A program made the position numbers and the translations under genes. From Octopus sinensis (taxonomy: Eukaryota), in NCBI RefSeq assembly GCF_006345805.1, contig NC_043002.1, positions 45,818,001-45,882,000 on the forward strand: a stretch of 64,000 nt of DNA, given 5' to 3'. Below the pieces are notes generated by a model. That model searched no databases, was not told where the DNA came from, and was given only the letters and a program-made list of their open reading frames with translations. Shown in pieces: positions 35,506 to 48,573 of the stretch. Every line of letters begins with the position of its first letter. Position 1 is the first letter of the stretch.

Positions 35506-38247
35506 AGTATGCAGGAAGAGAGTAGACAATCCAGGTGTGTACCAAAGGAAGCATTTAATGATCAGTGGCTATCTGAAATTGTATAGAGAACAATTTCCTC
35601 TGTGTGTGTGTATTTTATTGTACATCACATATAAGTAAATGTGCCTTGTCTGTCTATATGTGCAAGCACATACCAACAATATTAGTATACAAACTGCAAT
35701 CAATATGCCTGTCATTTAGATCAATTAATTTTTATGCTACCAGAGAACGTAACATGATACATTTCAATCAGTCCCCAAGACAGTACTTCAACTTGAATGA
35801 TTTATATCGGCTTCAAACTAACTGATTCCTAATTATAAAATCATTGTATACATTTGACTGGCCTTCCTCATCCTGTTATCATTTCAAATTATATTACTAC
35901 CCACTTTTAATTAATGGTGAATGACCTACACTTAAGCAAGCAGCCTAATGTATCTCTGTAATCTATATTGAATCAGTTCTGAAAAAACAACTGCTGGTGC
36001 TATAATATAACATACATTACATGATATGCATGACCAAATTGTCATTATCATCTGTGTGTATAGACTTGGTCTGTGATAATTGCCTCACATTATTGAAATA
36101 ATTATAAACCATAAACATTCTTCACTTATGTATATGTGTGCATGTTTGTGCACATATATATAAATATGTATGTATATGTATGTATAAATATGCATGTAAA
36201 TAAAAAGGATCCAAAAAATAGGTACGGTGCCCCAGCATGGCTGCGGCCTTCAGGCTAAAACATTTTTATGGATTTAAGGATTTACCCTGACCGGTAATGT
36301 ATCCCTGAAATGGCCATATATGAAACACCCTCCTATTTTTCGGACCCATTTTATTTACTGTTCTTAACCTTGATATCTTGTGTCACTTTTATTGCATATC
36401 TTAGATGCATTAGAAATTTTAGATGATTTAAGCAGTCTGCCATTTTAAAGATTGACATTTTTATTCCTATATTTATCAACCTCTCATTCGTTTTGTGCCT
36501 CCTGTATTTATTATGCATAACTTTTTATATGTAATCCTTATTTATATGTGATTTTATATGTATTTTTATATGCTTTTATATCTCTCTTATATTTTTATGT
36601 ATGTTTGGTTTTATTCTTTATACCAGTGGAGAATCTTTATGCCTATACTTGCATGTATTATGTTGATGTGTATAATATGATTCAATTACATTGATTGAAT
36701 ATCTTCTTTTATGCATTCAGGAATTTGGTTGACTGCCTAGGATTTGTGTTTTCATTTTCCTCCACATTGTATTATTTCACATTGGCTCTCTACGAGCACT
36801 CCGTAAATACCCCATACTTTCTATAACATACTTAATATTATACTTATAAATGTATATATATTCATAAATGTATACAGATAAGTACACATATATCAACTGA
36901 TTTGAATCTTGCCAATCATGCTTATTAGTTCAGTAGCTTCTGGCATGTAAATGGCTAGTGGTGTAAACTCTACAAAAAATTAAAATCTCCCTTACACGAT
37001 CCAATTACAAGATTAAGCAACATAATCAGAGCTGTTTAATGATATCAGGTATTCTACAACTCCAATCATTCTAACAACATTAGTTACATATGTTGTGCAC
37101 TGAAGAAATATAATGAATGAAGATGAATGAATAGTGATAGTTTAATCCATGATACAAATGTTTCTATAGCATGGTAATTTATGTGCTATGTGTGTATTAC
37201 ACATGCCAAAATTTACCTGTGATTTCATCAAGTATTCTGAAACATTGAAAGGAAAAACTCAACTGCCTATAAAATTGATTCCTAGGAAACTTTGGGAAGA
37301 ATACACTTTGATTATATCAATTGTGGGAGGAGTTCAAAAAGGAACCCAGCTAATCAAACATTGATTTTTGGTGTCATCACCTCATTCTAAAAAAAATAAG
37401 TGTAGTCAATTTCCATGTACTATCAGCATTAATTGCTATAGTTGAGCAAAATATTTACAAATATGCTGATAACATGACATGTCACCTGACCAAAGAGACT
37501 CTTTTGACGCAAATCAAACATTAAGAAAATATAATATGAATTAACTTGACCCCCTTGCTTCATTACCCATATCCTATCTAGCTCCTTAAGGTTTGTTCTA
37601 GCACCCCATCACTACCATCTTATCTTCTTCCTAGTTATCTTATATAATCTGAATATATATATATTAAAACAAATGTACATATATTTATGTCTGGTAGGTA
37701 AACAATGCCTCGATAATGTTTCATCTACTCCAAACTACCATGTAAAATCTGCTGTAAAACCTATATCAATGAATATGTGTGTACCATCACCCTCCTCCTC
37801 CTCATCATCATTTTACTGTCCATTTTTCTGTGCATGAGTGAGATGGAATTTGATGAGGCAAATATTCTATGAATGGATGTCTTCTTATCAACCTTCACCT
37901 GTTTCCAAGCAAGGTAGTATTCACAGGAGAATGGAAAGAAACAACACTGCTTGTATGACAGTGACCCTTGTTTACAACCATCTTATGTCACTACAAACAC
38001 ACACACACACATGTGACCTAGTGGCTGGAGAGTTGCACTCAAAATTGTATGATTGTGGTTTTTATTCCCAGACCAGGCAGTGCATTGTGTTCTTGAGCAA
38101 AACACTTTGTTTCACATTGCTCTGCAATTACTTTCACATCTGATGTGTGGCATACAGTGCATCTGTACAAGCAATGTTAATTTCGAGGAGAGAGTGAGCT
38201 AATGAGCAGCGAAGAACTGTCTTGCACAACTACTGGAAACACATGTA

Positions 38248-38767
38248 CAAGGTCTGATCAAAAAGTATTGTAACTGGTTCTATAAAAAGAAAACTACAAC
38301 ACACATCAATTCAGCATTTAATCTCCTTTGAAGTAGTCCCCTTCTGAAGAAAACCCTTTATCAAGTGGCATTTCTATTGAGGGAAGTGTTCCTGAAATTC
38401 CTTTTTCAGGAGAGCAAGCAGCTGCCTCAGCACATCTTTTTAGATTTTATCAACATCTTGAAATCTCGATGCAAATTCTCTGCTCTTGAAATCTCAAATG
38501 TCTTGAAATCTTGTTGATGCAGATTCTCTGCTCATTTTTTGTCCTACCATGGTCACTGGTGGAACCTCTGTGGTGTGGTGAGACAACCACACACTGCACA
38601 CTTTACTTCCAAGCACTGCTAAAAAACAACAGAAGTTGGTGAGAATGTTATAACTTAGCATGCATATGCAACAGAGTTCAAGGTGAATCTGTGACAAGCA
38701 GCTTTGTTCTGTGTACTTTAGTTTGTTACCATAGCAACAGCCCCAATGCTTTTTTGATCAAACCTTG
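38248..38767. mobile_element. Internally deleted mariner element
   Basis: TIRs TA|CAAGGTCTGATCAAAAAGTATTG and CAATGCTTTTTGATCAAACCTTG|TA. Confidence 0.75.
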
Positions 38768-38929
38768 TATTAAATATATTAAAATATCAAAATATCAACA
38801 TTTGGTTTGTCTTTATTCTGATGTGTGTGTGTGTGTGTATACACATACATATACATACATGTGTGAGCATGTATGTGTATGTCTATATATACACATGTGT
38901 GTGTAAATATGTAAGTGTGTATGTATATA

Positions 38930-38968
<39 letters not shown>

Positions 38969-38981
38969 GTGTGTGTGTGTG

Positions 38982-39023
<42 letters not shown>

Positions 39024-42000
39024 AGCATACATACATCTTTCTAAATTGCTTCACATCATATTCAATTAAAGAAAAAGTATTTTCTCAGAATTTCAGAGAT
39101 AAATAATGTTCTTGAACTAAGGTAGCAAATCAGAACAAATGAAAATCAGAACAAATGAAAAACTTGTTTTTAAGAAATACAATTGTAAAAAGAAAAAGAA
39201 ACAGATACATAGCAAAAATTCATTACATCTACATTAAAAAAAAAAACAAGTCATCCATACATGTAGCGTGATATTAGAGTTAATCTTGGGAAATGAATAA
39301 ATAAAGTACCCATGAACACTAAATCAAATTAACTGAAGAAATCTTATAAGCAATAGTAGTAACACATATGATTCATTTAAATATAAGCAATATGTATATA
39401 AAACTTATATATCCAATTTGTTTACTGATAAAGAATCAGCTCATAAATATAACAATTTTTGTGTGTTCTTAAATAACCAAAATGACTCTTCCATGTGGCA
39501 AATTTTTAGCTCATAACAAAAGAAAAATCAGAAAATGCTCATTACTTCAGATAAAATAGCATCTTAATCGGAAACTATAACTTTTGTTAAAGAAATATCT
39601 AAACATCACAGAAATCTATCTTGAACAGCATGAAAAGAAATGACTAGTTTTATCGTATATTTATTGATTTAAAAGTGATATTTGATGAAGAAATCTGATG
39701 AGTCGTGGAAATCTATTCTTGTTAGAATTCTAAAACTATGCAAATGCTTCTTACGACACTGACCTCAACACAAATTCTTCAATTTTGCTCTAGAAATCCT
39801 GATGAAAGAATATGAGATTTGGCACAGGATTTGACAAATTATGTACACAGGTCATCTGGTTTCTATTCTAGAGTTTAGCCAGGGAGGCTGCATGATGTAT
39901 AAAACTTGGAAAAGGCTTGAAATGGAAACATGCAAGTAAACATATTTCATTAAATTCTTTAGTAAGGCTTGAGCAATTCCTTGACAAGTATAAAGTTAAA
40001 GATGAGAGAAAGGGCCATAAAAAAGACTATAGGAGTGAAAGAAATATTGATATTATGTATATAAGTATATCTTAAGGGGGATGCATGGAATATAGTAGAA
40101 TTTCAATAAATCTTTAAATGAATCAACAATTTATGAGCATCAAATACCATTTTACAATAGAAAATTGTGAACGTTAAAGTTATCAATTAAGAAAAGTATG
40201 CAATTATCAAAAATTGAAGTTTAAACGATATACACAATGAGAAAAATTGTGATTTATGAGTTTCATGTTGAAAAACAAATTTTTAATGCATCAGCAAAAT
40301 TTTAAAAATTATGAATACAGATAAGTTTTCAGTGATCTATAATATAGCTGTTTCAGAATGACATGCATTCATCAAGCTTAAAAATTATTATATGACAGTC
40401 ACTTTGAAAAATATCTATTCTGAGTCTACAGATCATGGCATGGAACAATGACTCACTAACAGCCCTTGATAAAGGGAGCTATGTTAGCAGTAACATATCT
40501 GCATAAGATTTCACTTTGCTGGACACTGTTAGAGAAGTAAGGAGCTGGTTTAGTGTCACCCTACTTTTGACACCTCAGCACAGTTACAATTGCATTGTGA
40601 AGGCATACATCAATCAGTTAATAAATGACACTAGATGTCACATCCTATGGAAGACAGAGACAAAAGAGATGTTGGAAATCCAAGCAAGTTTGACCCAGTG
40701 ATGACATCAGCATGAAACATAATTCTTATGTAATGCGAAAGTATGATGCTTTATTGTTGTGAAAAGTGAAAATGTAAATACAAACTTGTAGTGATGAGAG
40801 GGCTGTATACAAACTGTTGAGTTCATATACATGTCATCTGTGTTCTTAGATGTTTCTACATTTTTCTTATAAGCACAGCACTTGTGATGAATTTAAGATA
40901 GACTACATGAAACCCACAAAACACTCATAAAATCTATCCTCACAAGAATAGTTAGAAAAAGTGAACAAATTGGAGTCAATCTCACAATAAATGAAGATTA
41001 TAAGGGTGACTTTTAATACTGCAAGTAAAGCAACATTTATCAATTATACAGCTACACAAATGAGATGCACTGTTTTTAATGAGGGATTATGAGCAATAGA
41101 CATGTTGATTGACAGTCTGATATCATAATAATATTGGGTTTCAATACTTAGAGAAAGGCAGAGAATAAACTAAGAAAACAATTGGTTGGTACTTATGTAA
41201 TGTACATAGATGCAAAGAAGGTCCATGAACTGAAACATCATAGCAAGAACACATTTAAACAAAGAGACATTTATTGTGAAATAAATTGAGACTTGCAGAT
41301 AGAATAACCCATAATTAAAGTGTACAGGCATAATCTGCTATGTAGAACTCCTTAAACCATATGAGCACAGGAAACTTGACAGTAAACTATAGCAAATATG
41401 ATGGTAATGAGAAAGAAGATTCACAGTGTATCCTAGTTGGCTGAGGTATTCTAACCAAGATTGATGAATTATCATTGTACAATGACAGAGAAGTTGACTT
41501 ATAAACAGAGGTAGATGTTTAAAAAATGTGTTCAATTTGATGTTAGAAGATTTCTTACAATACCATCAAATTTTAACCATTTAAAACCAACCTCTGTGCA
41601 TGGTGCATATGCATGTGCATACGTGTGCACATACACATCAGTAATATTGAAAATGAAATATACTTAAGAAAAAAAAAACTACTAACAGCAAATCAAAAGG
41701 CTAGCAACTTCGAGGGATGAGGTAAGTTGATTACATTGCCCCCACTGCTCAACTGGTACTTATTTTATCAATCCTAAAAGGATGAAAGGCAAAATTGACC
41801 TTGATGGAATTTGAATTCAAAATATAATGATGGCTGAAATGCAGCTAACAATCCTGCTAGCTTGCCACCTTAAATACCAGATTAAAGTGCCAAAATTATT
41901 TTACTAAATTATTTATGATATTCAAATCAATAGAAATAAAGGCAGTATATTTCAAAAGAAATATGATAACAAAGGGGTTAAAGATATTAGAAGAAAGTGG

Positions 42001-43708
42001 CAATGACAAAATTTTATTAGGAAAAAAAAAATGCAAACATTTCTATTTACTCTTAAACCATTGACAGATATTTTAGAATCCTTTGAAACACAGAACAGAC
42101 ACTGAGAATGGCTTAGAAGAATTATCCATGTGAGAGAGCATATACACAAAAATGAATTAACATTTTGAACTCTAGTAAAATATGTTCACCCTAGAGTTAC
42201 AAAATTTAGATTGATTTATATTTTGCTGCATAAGATATATGGTTGGGATACATAAGGCACATGAACAAAAAAAGAGTTGTAAAGTCTTATTGAATTAACC
42301 ACTTTAGCTTCTGCACCTTTTCATTTAAATTTATGTTTAAATGAATAAATTCACCAATTATCTTTAGATGCTAGATTACATTTTCCTTGTAACTTCTGTC
42401 CCACATAATAAATTATAATAAATATAACATCTGAAGACAGTCAGGCAAGATAATGATTGGAATGGAGCATACAGTATATAATATAAATCCAATCCTTGTG
42501 ATTGATAATTCAATCAGCCTTTATCATGCTTTTATGTACAATCAACTTTTATCATTTGTGCCAAAAGTATAGAAAAGTTACTCATGTTACTACTAAAGAT
42601 GGCTTTACATCAGAGCTACATACAAAATAGAAATGCCAACGATTTTTAAATTGAGACTATGTACTGAAGGACATATCAATAAACAAAAACCAAAGACATA
42701 TCAGGAGGATTTTTAGCTGAATAAATAGCTACATTTCAAAAGAAGTGAAAAATTTTTCTAATAATTTTAACTATCGGATCAATGTTTTTTTTTGTTTTTG
42801 TCACACAAAGTTTTACTTAGTTTTGTTAGTTTTTAATTTTAATATGTTAAAATTGAAATACTTTTATAAACCAATATCTGAGAAAAAAACATTTGGAATT
42901 GAAATCCAAACTTGAAGCAAAATACATAAAAATACTTTAATTTTTTTATAGATTAAATTTCATATTATTATCATTTTCTTAATCTTTGATTCAAGTTAGA
43001 ATTTATAATCTCAGTATATTTTTTTCTTCAGATAAGCCACTTCAGTCCATTTTGATTGAAAATTTCATGAATGTGAAATTAAAAAAAAAACAAAACCACA
43101 CATCTAAATTCAAATTCCTTTTCCTGACATTTTATTTTAACAAATGAAACAAGCCTACTGATAATCCATTAAACAACAGATATTACTGATAAGTAATTGA
43201 AACAAATAATTAACATTCATGTAAAGTTGTGCTCAAGTAACGTGTATATGAAAATAAGCACACACACACACCTACATGTGTATTCCTATGTGTGACATCT
43301 TCAAGATTGCAAACACTTCTATATAAGTGAAAGCCACATGCACACATGATTTTAATAGTCTCTGTGCATGGTGCATATGTTTGTTCATACATGTGCACAT
43401 GCACATCAGTAATATTGAAAATGAAATATATTTAAGAAAAAAAATAACTACTAAACAACAAATCAAAACAATTAGAAACAAAAATTCACTTTCCCATGTT
43501 TTACATGTTCAGTCAACAAAGTAAAGCATCAAGAGGGAAAAAACATAGTTTTTGGCAGGGTGGAAGGGAAGAGATATAACAGTCAGCAATATGACAATAT
43601 TACATTAAAACTGCAGACAAGATTTATGATTGTATGTATGTAGAAGTGTACTTATATATATATATTGGACAATTCTGTTTGAAGTAATAAATGGAATATG
43701 TAACTCAC

Positions 43709-43825
43709 CTGCCAGGATTTAGAACAGACAATCAAAACTGTTCTCTGATTGTATGGGCAGCAACGCAGTGTTTGGGCATTTAAACAACGAATCTGCTTAG
43801 ATTCATCTTCATAAACAGGCTTTAG
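43709..43825 (-). CDS. WDR7: WDR7 coding exon 6 (LKPVYEDESKQIRCLNAQTLRCCPYNQRTVLIVCSKSWQ)
   Basis: Boundaries ctttttcattcaccag| and CAG|gtgagt. 117 nt, phase 0 to 0. Matches '[37 protein letters not shown]'. Confidence 0.93.
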
Positions 43826-44460
43826 CTGGTGAATGAAAAAGAGTTAAAATTGGTAAATGAAGCTGAAAGCATCTGCTTTTGTAATTTGATGACAAACACA
43901 GCTAACAAGTCATGCATGCACAGATCTGTAGCATCAATTTTAATGATTGACATGTTTAATATACCTTATTTAATCTGATTTAGTGGAAAACTGAATCATG
44001 ATCATCATCAACATTTACTGTCCATTTTCCATGCTGGCATGGGTTGGATGACTTCACAGGAACTGGCAAGGCCAGGAGTTGCACCAGGTCCCATGGTCTG
44101 ATTTGGCCTGGTTTCTATGGCTGGCTGCCCTTCTTAATGTCACCCACTTTACAAAGTATACTGGGTGATTTTTACTTGGCACCATCACCCACACCAATGC
44201 TTTTTATGTAGCAGCTTAGTTTAAGGATTTCAATTCTGTTGTGGTGGGCAGGTCTTCTTGAGCATAGAATATTGTTACAAAAAAATGTTGTGAGTAAATC
44301 AAGAGCAATGAAATGTTCTTCTCAGCACAAACTGCATCTAATTTATTCTTTAATTTGTTTTCAAATTCTTAGACATTTCCTCAGGCTTATAATAGAGGAT
44401 TTGTAAATTAACATTTAGAGACAAAAAAGTAATTAATATAGATGTAGTTTTTGAAATAGG

Positions 44461-44858
44461 TCATCATCATTATCATCATTATCGTTTAACATACACTTTT
44501 CAATTCTTGCATGGTCAAATGGAATTTATGAAGGCAGATTTTTCTATAGTTGGATGCCCTTTCTGTTGCTGACCCTCACCTTTTTCTAAGCAAGGCAATG
44601 TTTTCCCATCGCCAGACATATTTTTCACAGGTGACTAGAAATGAACGACCTCATATGATGATGATACTTATTTACAACCATTACATGATATCTAGTCAAA
44701 GGTACACACACACACACACACACACAATCATATAATGAGCTCTTTCAGTTTCTGTCTACCGAATCCACTAGCAAGGTTTTTGTTGGCCTGGAGCTATAAA
44801 AGACATTTGCCTAAGGTGCTACACAGGGGTCTGACATAGAACCATGTGGCTGGGAAGC
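44461..44858 (-). mobile_element. SINE with the 5757-family tRNA head but an RTE-derived 3' tail; similar copies at ~45548-45972(-) and ~56745-57125(+)
   Basis: The head matches the 5757 family. The 3' end catcat-cgtttaac...catgg...ggatgccct matches the RTE 3' terminus at 21037-21180. Confidence 0.72.
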
Positions 44859-46013
44859 ATACACCAGTACCAACTTTAATTACTTATGTTTCTGTAAATA
44901 GTCAAAGTTAGTTATTCCTCAAAGAAAGCAAGTCTTAAAAAAAAAAGAATATTATTCAGAGCATTATAATGTTTGTTTTGGAGGGAGGGAAGGTTGTTAT
45001 TTTTGCTTGTTTTTTTTATTTGTCCTGATATTTGCTATTACTTTCAAAACTTTCATCTTGGTTAAATAAGCTAGAACAGAAAAGGAAGTGTGGTTGTAAG
45101 TTAATGAAGCCAATAATTCCTATGGCATTGAAGACAAATTTAACATTTCATAATGGATATTTTGTTTTTGTCAGAGTGTAGACACTATTGAAAATACGTT
45201 GTAAATAGTCTTTAAATTTTTTCTTTTTTTTTCCAAAAATACGAAACATCATATGTTTTTTTTATTTCCCCAATGCACAAAAGTAAATAATCTTTTTAAA
45301 GTTTAGTAACTAATAACTAATAACAACTATAAAAGATGTGTTAATTATTCAAAATACTTTAAACATCTGGGATATTGATAAAACAAATTAACATTTGTAT
45401 CCAGTTTCAAACTAAAGTGAGAATAACTTTGGTAAACAAAGATATTTTACGAAACTATAAACTTGTATAAAGCTCTGGATCATCAACTGAGAAAAACTTA
45501 GTAAATAAATTAAATGTTTATAAAGGTTTGTGCACAAGAATAATAATCATCATCATTGCTTTTAACATCCACTTTTCTAGGTTTGCATGTCTCAGACAGA
45601 ATTTATTGAGTTAGATTTTCTATGGCTTGATGCCTTTTTTGGTGTCAGCCCTCACCCGTTTCCTAGCAAGGTAATATGGGCAGACATATTTTTCACAAAA
45701 TAATGGAAAGGGACATCATTTTTATGAGAGTGATGCTCATCTGCAACAACCAAGTGATGCCAAGACAAGGGTACACACACACACACACACACACTGTATG
45801 TGATGGGCTTCTTTCAGTTTCCCTCTCTCAAATTCCCTCACAAGACTCATGAGGCTTTGGTCAAACTGCAGCTATAGTAGAAGACACTTGTCCAAGGTTT
45901 CACACAGTGGAGCTACATCTGAAACTACAAGGTTGAGAAGCAAGTTTTTCAACAACACAGCCACATCTGTACCTCCTGAGTATAACTAAGAGCAACAAAT
46001 TCACAGAACTCAC

Positions 46014-46084
46014 CTTAGATTCTTCACCAGACAGACTCCAAACTTTAACAGCACCTGAATTAGAAACTGCTACTACCACATCAT
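46014..46084 (-). CDS. WDR7: WDR7 coding exon 5 (DDVVVAVSNSGAVKVWSLSGEESK)
   Basis: Boundaries tttttcag| and AAG|gtgagt. 71 nt, phase 1 to 0, after a 112-nt intron. Matches 'EDTVVALSVTGILKVW'. Confidence 0.92.
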
Positions 46085-46196
46085 CTGAAAAATTTGTAAA
46101 GATTTTTTTTTTTTACAATTAAAATTTAGCTAAAGTTGTATAACATCAAATTCTTAATACTACACTTGATATATAAAAGAAAATAACTTTACTTAC

Positions 46197-46365
46197 CCTC
46201 TCCTTTCACTGGTCTTAAAATGCAGCATGCACTGATCCAATTTGGAGTAACTTTGGAATGTAAGGAGAAGATTATCTCAAATCCAAATGGATCCATAACA
46301 TGGATCTCTGGGTAAAAGCCATTACAAACAAGACGGATCTCTTGACTACCGCGAAACCGGTAAGA
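46197..46365 (-). CDS. WDR7: WDR7 coding exon 4 (SYRFRGSQEIRLVCNGFYPEIHVMDPFGFEIIFSLHSKVTPNWISACCILRPVKGE)
   Basis: Boundaries ctttatttttag| and G|gtaagt. 169 nt, phase 0 to 1. Matches 'RLLCHGHYPEILVVD...SKISPDWISS'. Confidence 0.93.
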
Positions 46366-48049
46366 CTAAAAATAAAGTAATAATAATAATAATAATATTA
46401 ATACAAACCTAGTTAAAATACTGTTAATGAAATATTACAAAACTATACAGAATAAGCATTCATCACCAGCATCATCAACACTACCATCATCAAGATTTCA
46501 TGTTCCCTTTTCCATGCTTGCATGGTTCAGACAGATTTTCTAAGAGTGAATGTGTTTCTTGTCATCAAACCTCACCTGTTTCAAAGCAAAATAATAATTC
46601 CTCATGGCCAGAAATATTTCTCATGGAAAACTGGAGGCAAACAACCTTGCTTTTATGATGGTGATGATCTTTTGCAATCATGATGTCAAGACAAAGGTAC
46701 ACGTGCACATGCACACGCACGCATGCAAGTGGGCATATATACATATGTATTCTTTTATTCTTTCTATACTTTTATTTGTTTCAGTTATTTGACTGCAGCC
46801 ATGCTGGAGCACCACCTTGAATTGTTTGTGTCAAATAATTTGACCCCAGGACTTATTTTTTGTGAGCCTAGTACTTATTCTATCAGTCTCTTTGCCAAAC
46901 TGCAAAGCAATAGGGACATAAATACACCAACACCAGCTGTCAAATGATGATGGGAGAAGAAACACAGACACACACATATATACACAACAGGCTTCTTTCA
47001 GTTTCCATCTACCAAATCTACTCACAAAGCTTTGGTCAGCCTGAGGTCATAGCAGAAGACATTTGCCCAAGGTGCCTCACAGTGGGACTGAACCTGGAAT
47101 CATGTGGTTGAGAAGCAAACTTCTTATCACACAGCCATGCCTTGTATGACAAGCCTCTTTCAGTTTCTGTCAACCAAATCCACTTACAACACTTTGGTTT
47201 GCCTGGGGCTATAGTAGAAGACACTTGCTCAAGGTGTGACATCGTGGGATGGAACCCAAAACCACATGGTTGAGAAGCAAGCATTTTAGCCAAACAACCA
47301 TGTTTGTGCTTATTAACATATATGCAAATTATGAGTACTTATAGGGTCAAAGTCAACCATGTAACTGCTCACGGACAAGATATTTTATGGAAGACTAGCA
47401 GTAGTCCATGCATGCAAGTTATCCCTCTCCACATCACTGATATTTGTCTAATGGAAATGCTGTCAACTTGAGCTGATACAGTTTAACACCAAAGTTGTAG
47501 CAAACACTGTTGTCAGAACGCAAAGAGCCAGAATAGATACCACAAGGAATCTCACCTTATAGTCATACCAATCCACCACCCTGGATTGATAATATTTCCT
47601 CATGGCCAAATCTGTTTTCCACAGAGGAATTGAAATGAATGACAATGATGCTAATTTACAACCATCAAGTTGCGTTCTTGAGCGAAATGCTTCATTTCAT
47701 TCTGTTGCTCTGCAATCACTTCAACATTTGAGTGCACCTGTTCAGGTAATATCAATTTAATAGAGTGAGTGAGCTCATGTACAACATGAACATTTGATCA
47801 CTATATACAAATCATCTATGTAGGTTGTTCAGCATATGATAGAAGAGTCCACTACAAATATATGATGGGCTTCTTTCAGTTTCTATTGACCAAATGTACT
47901 CACAACTCAAATACTTTATAAACCAAAATTCTATTTTATAAATCAAAATTCATCTTAACATTAAATATCTAACTGAAGTCAGAGTTGTTTTGCATCATGG
48001 TAATTTAAAAAATACTTTATTAATTTTGAACAAAAGATGATTTTAATTA

Positions 48050-48190
<141 letters not shown>

Positions 48191-48573
48191 TTAGAAAAAC
48201 ATTATGTTGAAATGTAGAAACAACTGTCTTGAAATTTAAGGGTTGAAAGATACTGTATTTATTACTATCAATTTTGAAAATGATTAAAAAATTTAGTAAA
48301 ATAACTTTAGTAAAATAAGTTAATCAGTTCAATCCTCCTAAGCTGCTGAAGGCTCTGTGGGCCTAATCTCACAGCAAGACATAAATTATTTTTTTTTTAC
48401 TCATTTCAGTAGTTTAACTGTAGCCATGCTCGGGCACCACCTTGAAGGGTTTTAGTCAAATCAACCCCAGGACTTATTTTTTTAAGCCTCACTAAGTTAG
48501 GGGACACAAACACATCAACACCAGTTGTCAAGTGGTGGTGGGGGGAACAAACACAAAGACACATATACATATA

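Noticed and set aside
35153-35586. ORFs rich in YI/HT/CV repeats (also 18195-18410, 38779-39069 and 63467-63673)
   Set aside because: These are translations of dinucleotide microsatellites.
39685-39722. CTGATGAGTCGTGGAAA hammerhead-like string (similar weak strings near 16213 and 51602)
   Set aside because: Stem II or stem I cannot form convincingly, and there is no fold-back context.
39540-41540. Possible ancient transposase remnant
   Set aside because: No motif could be identified with confidence.
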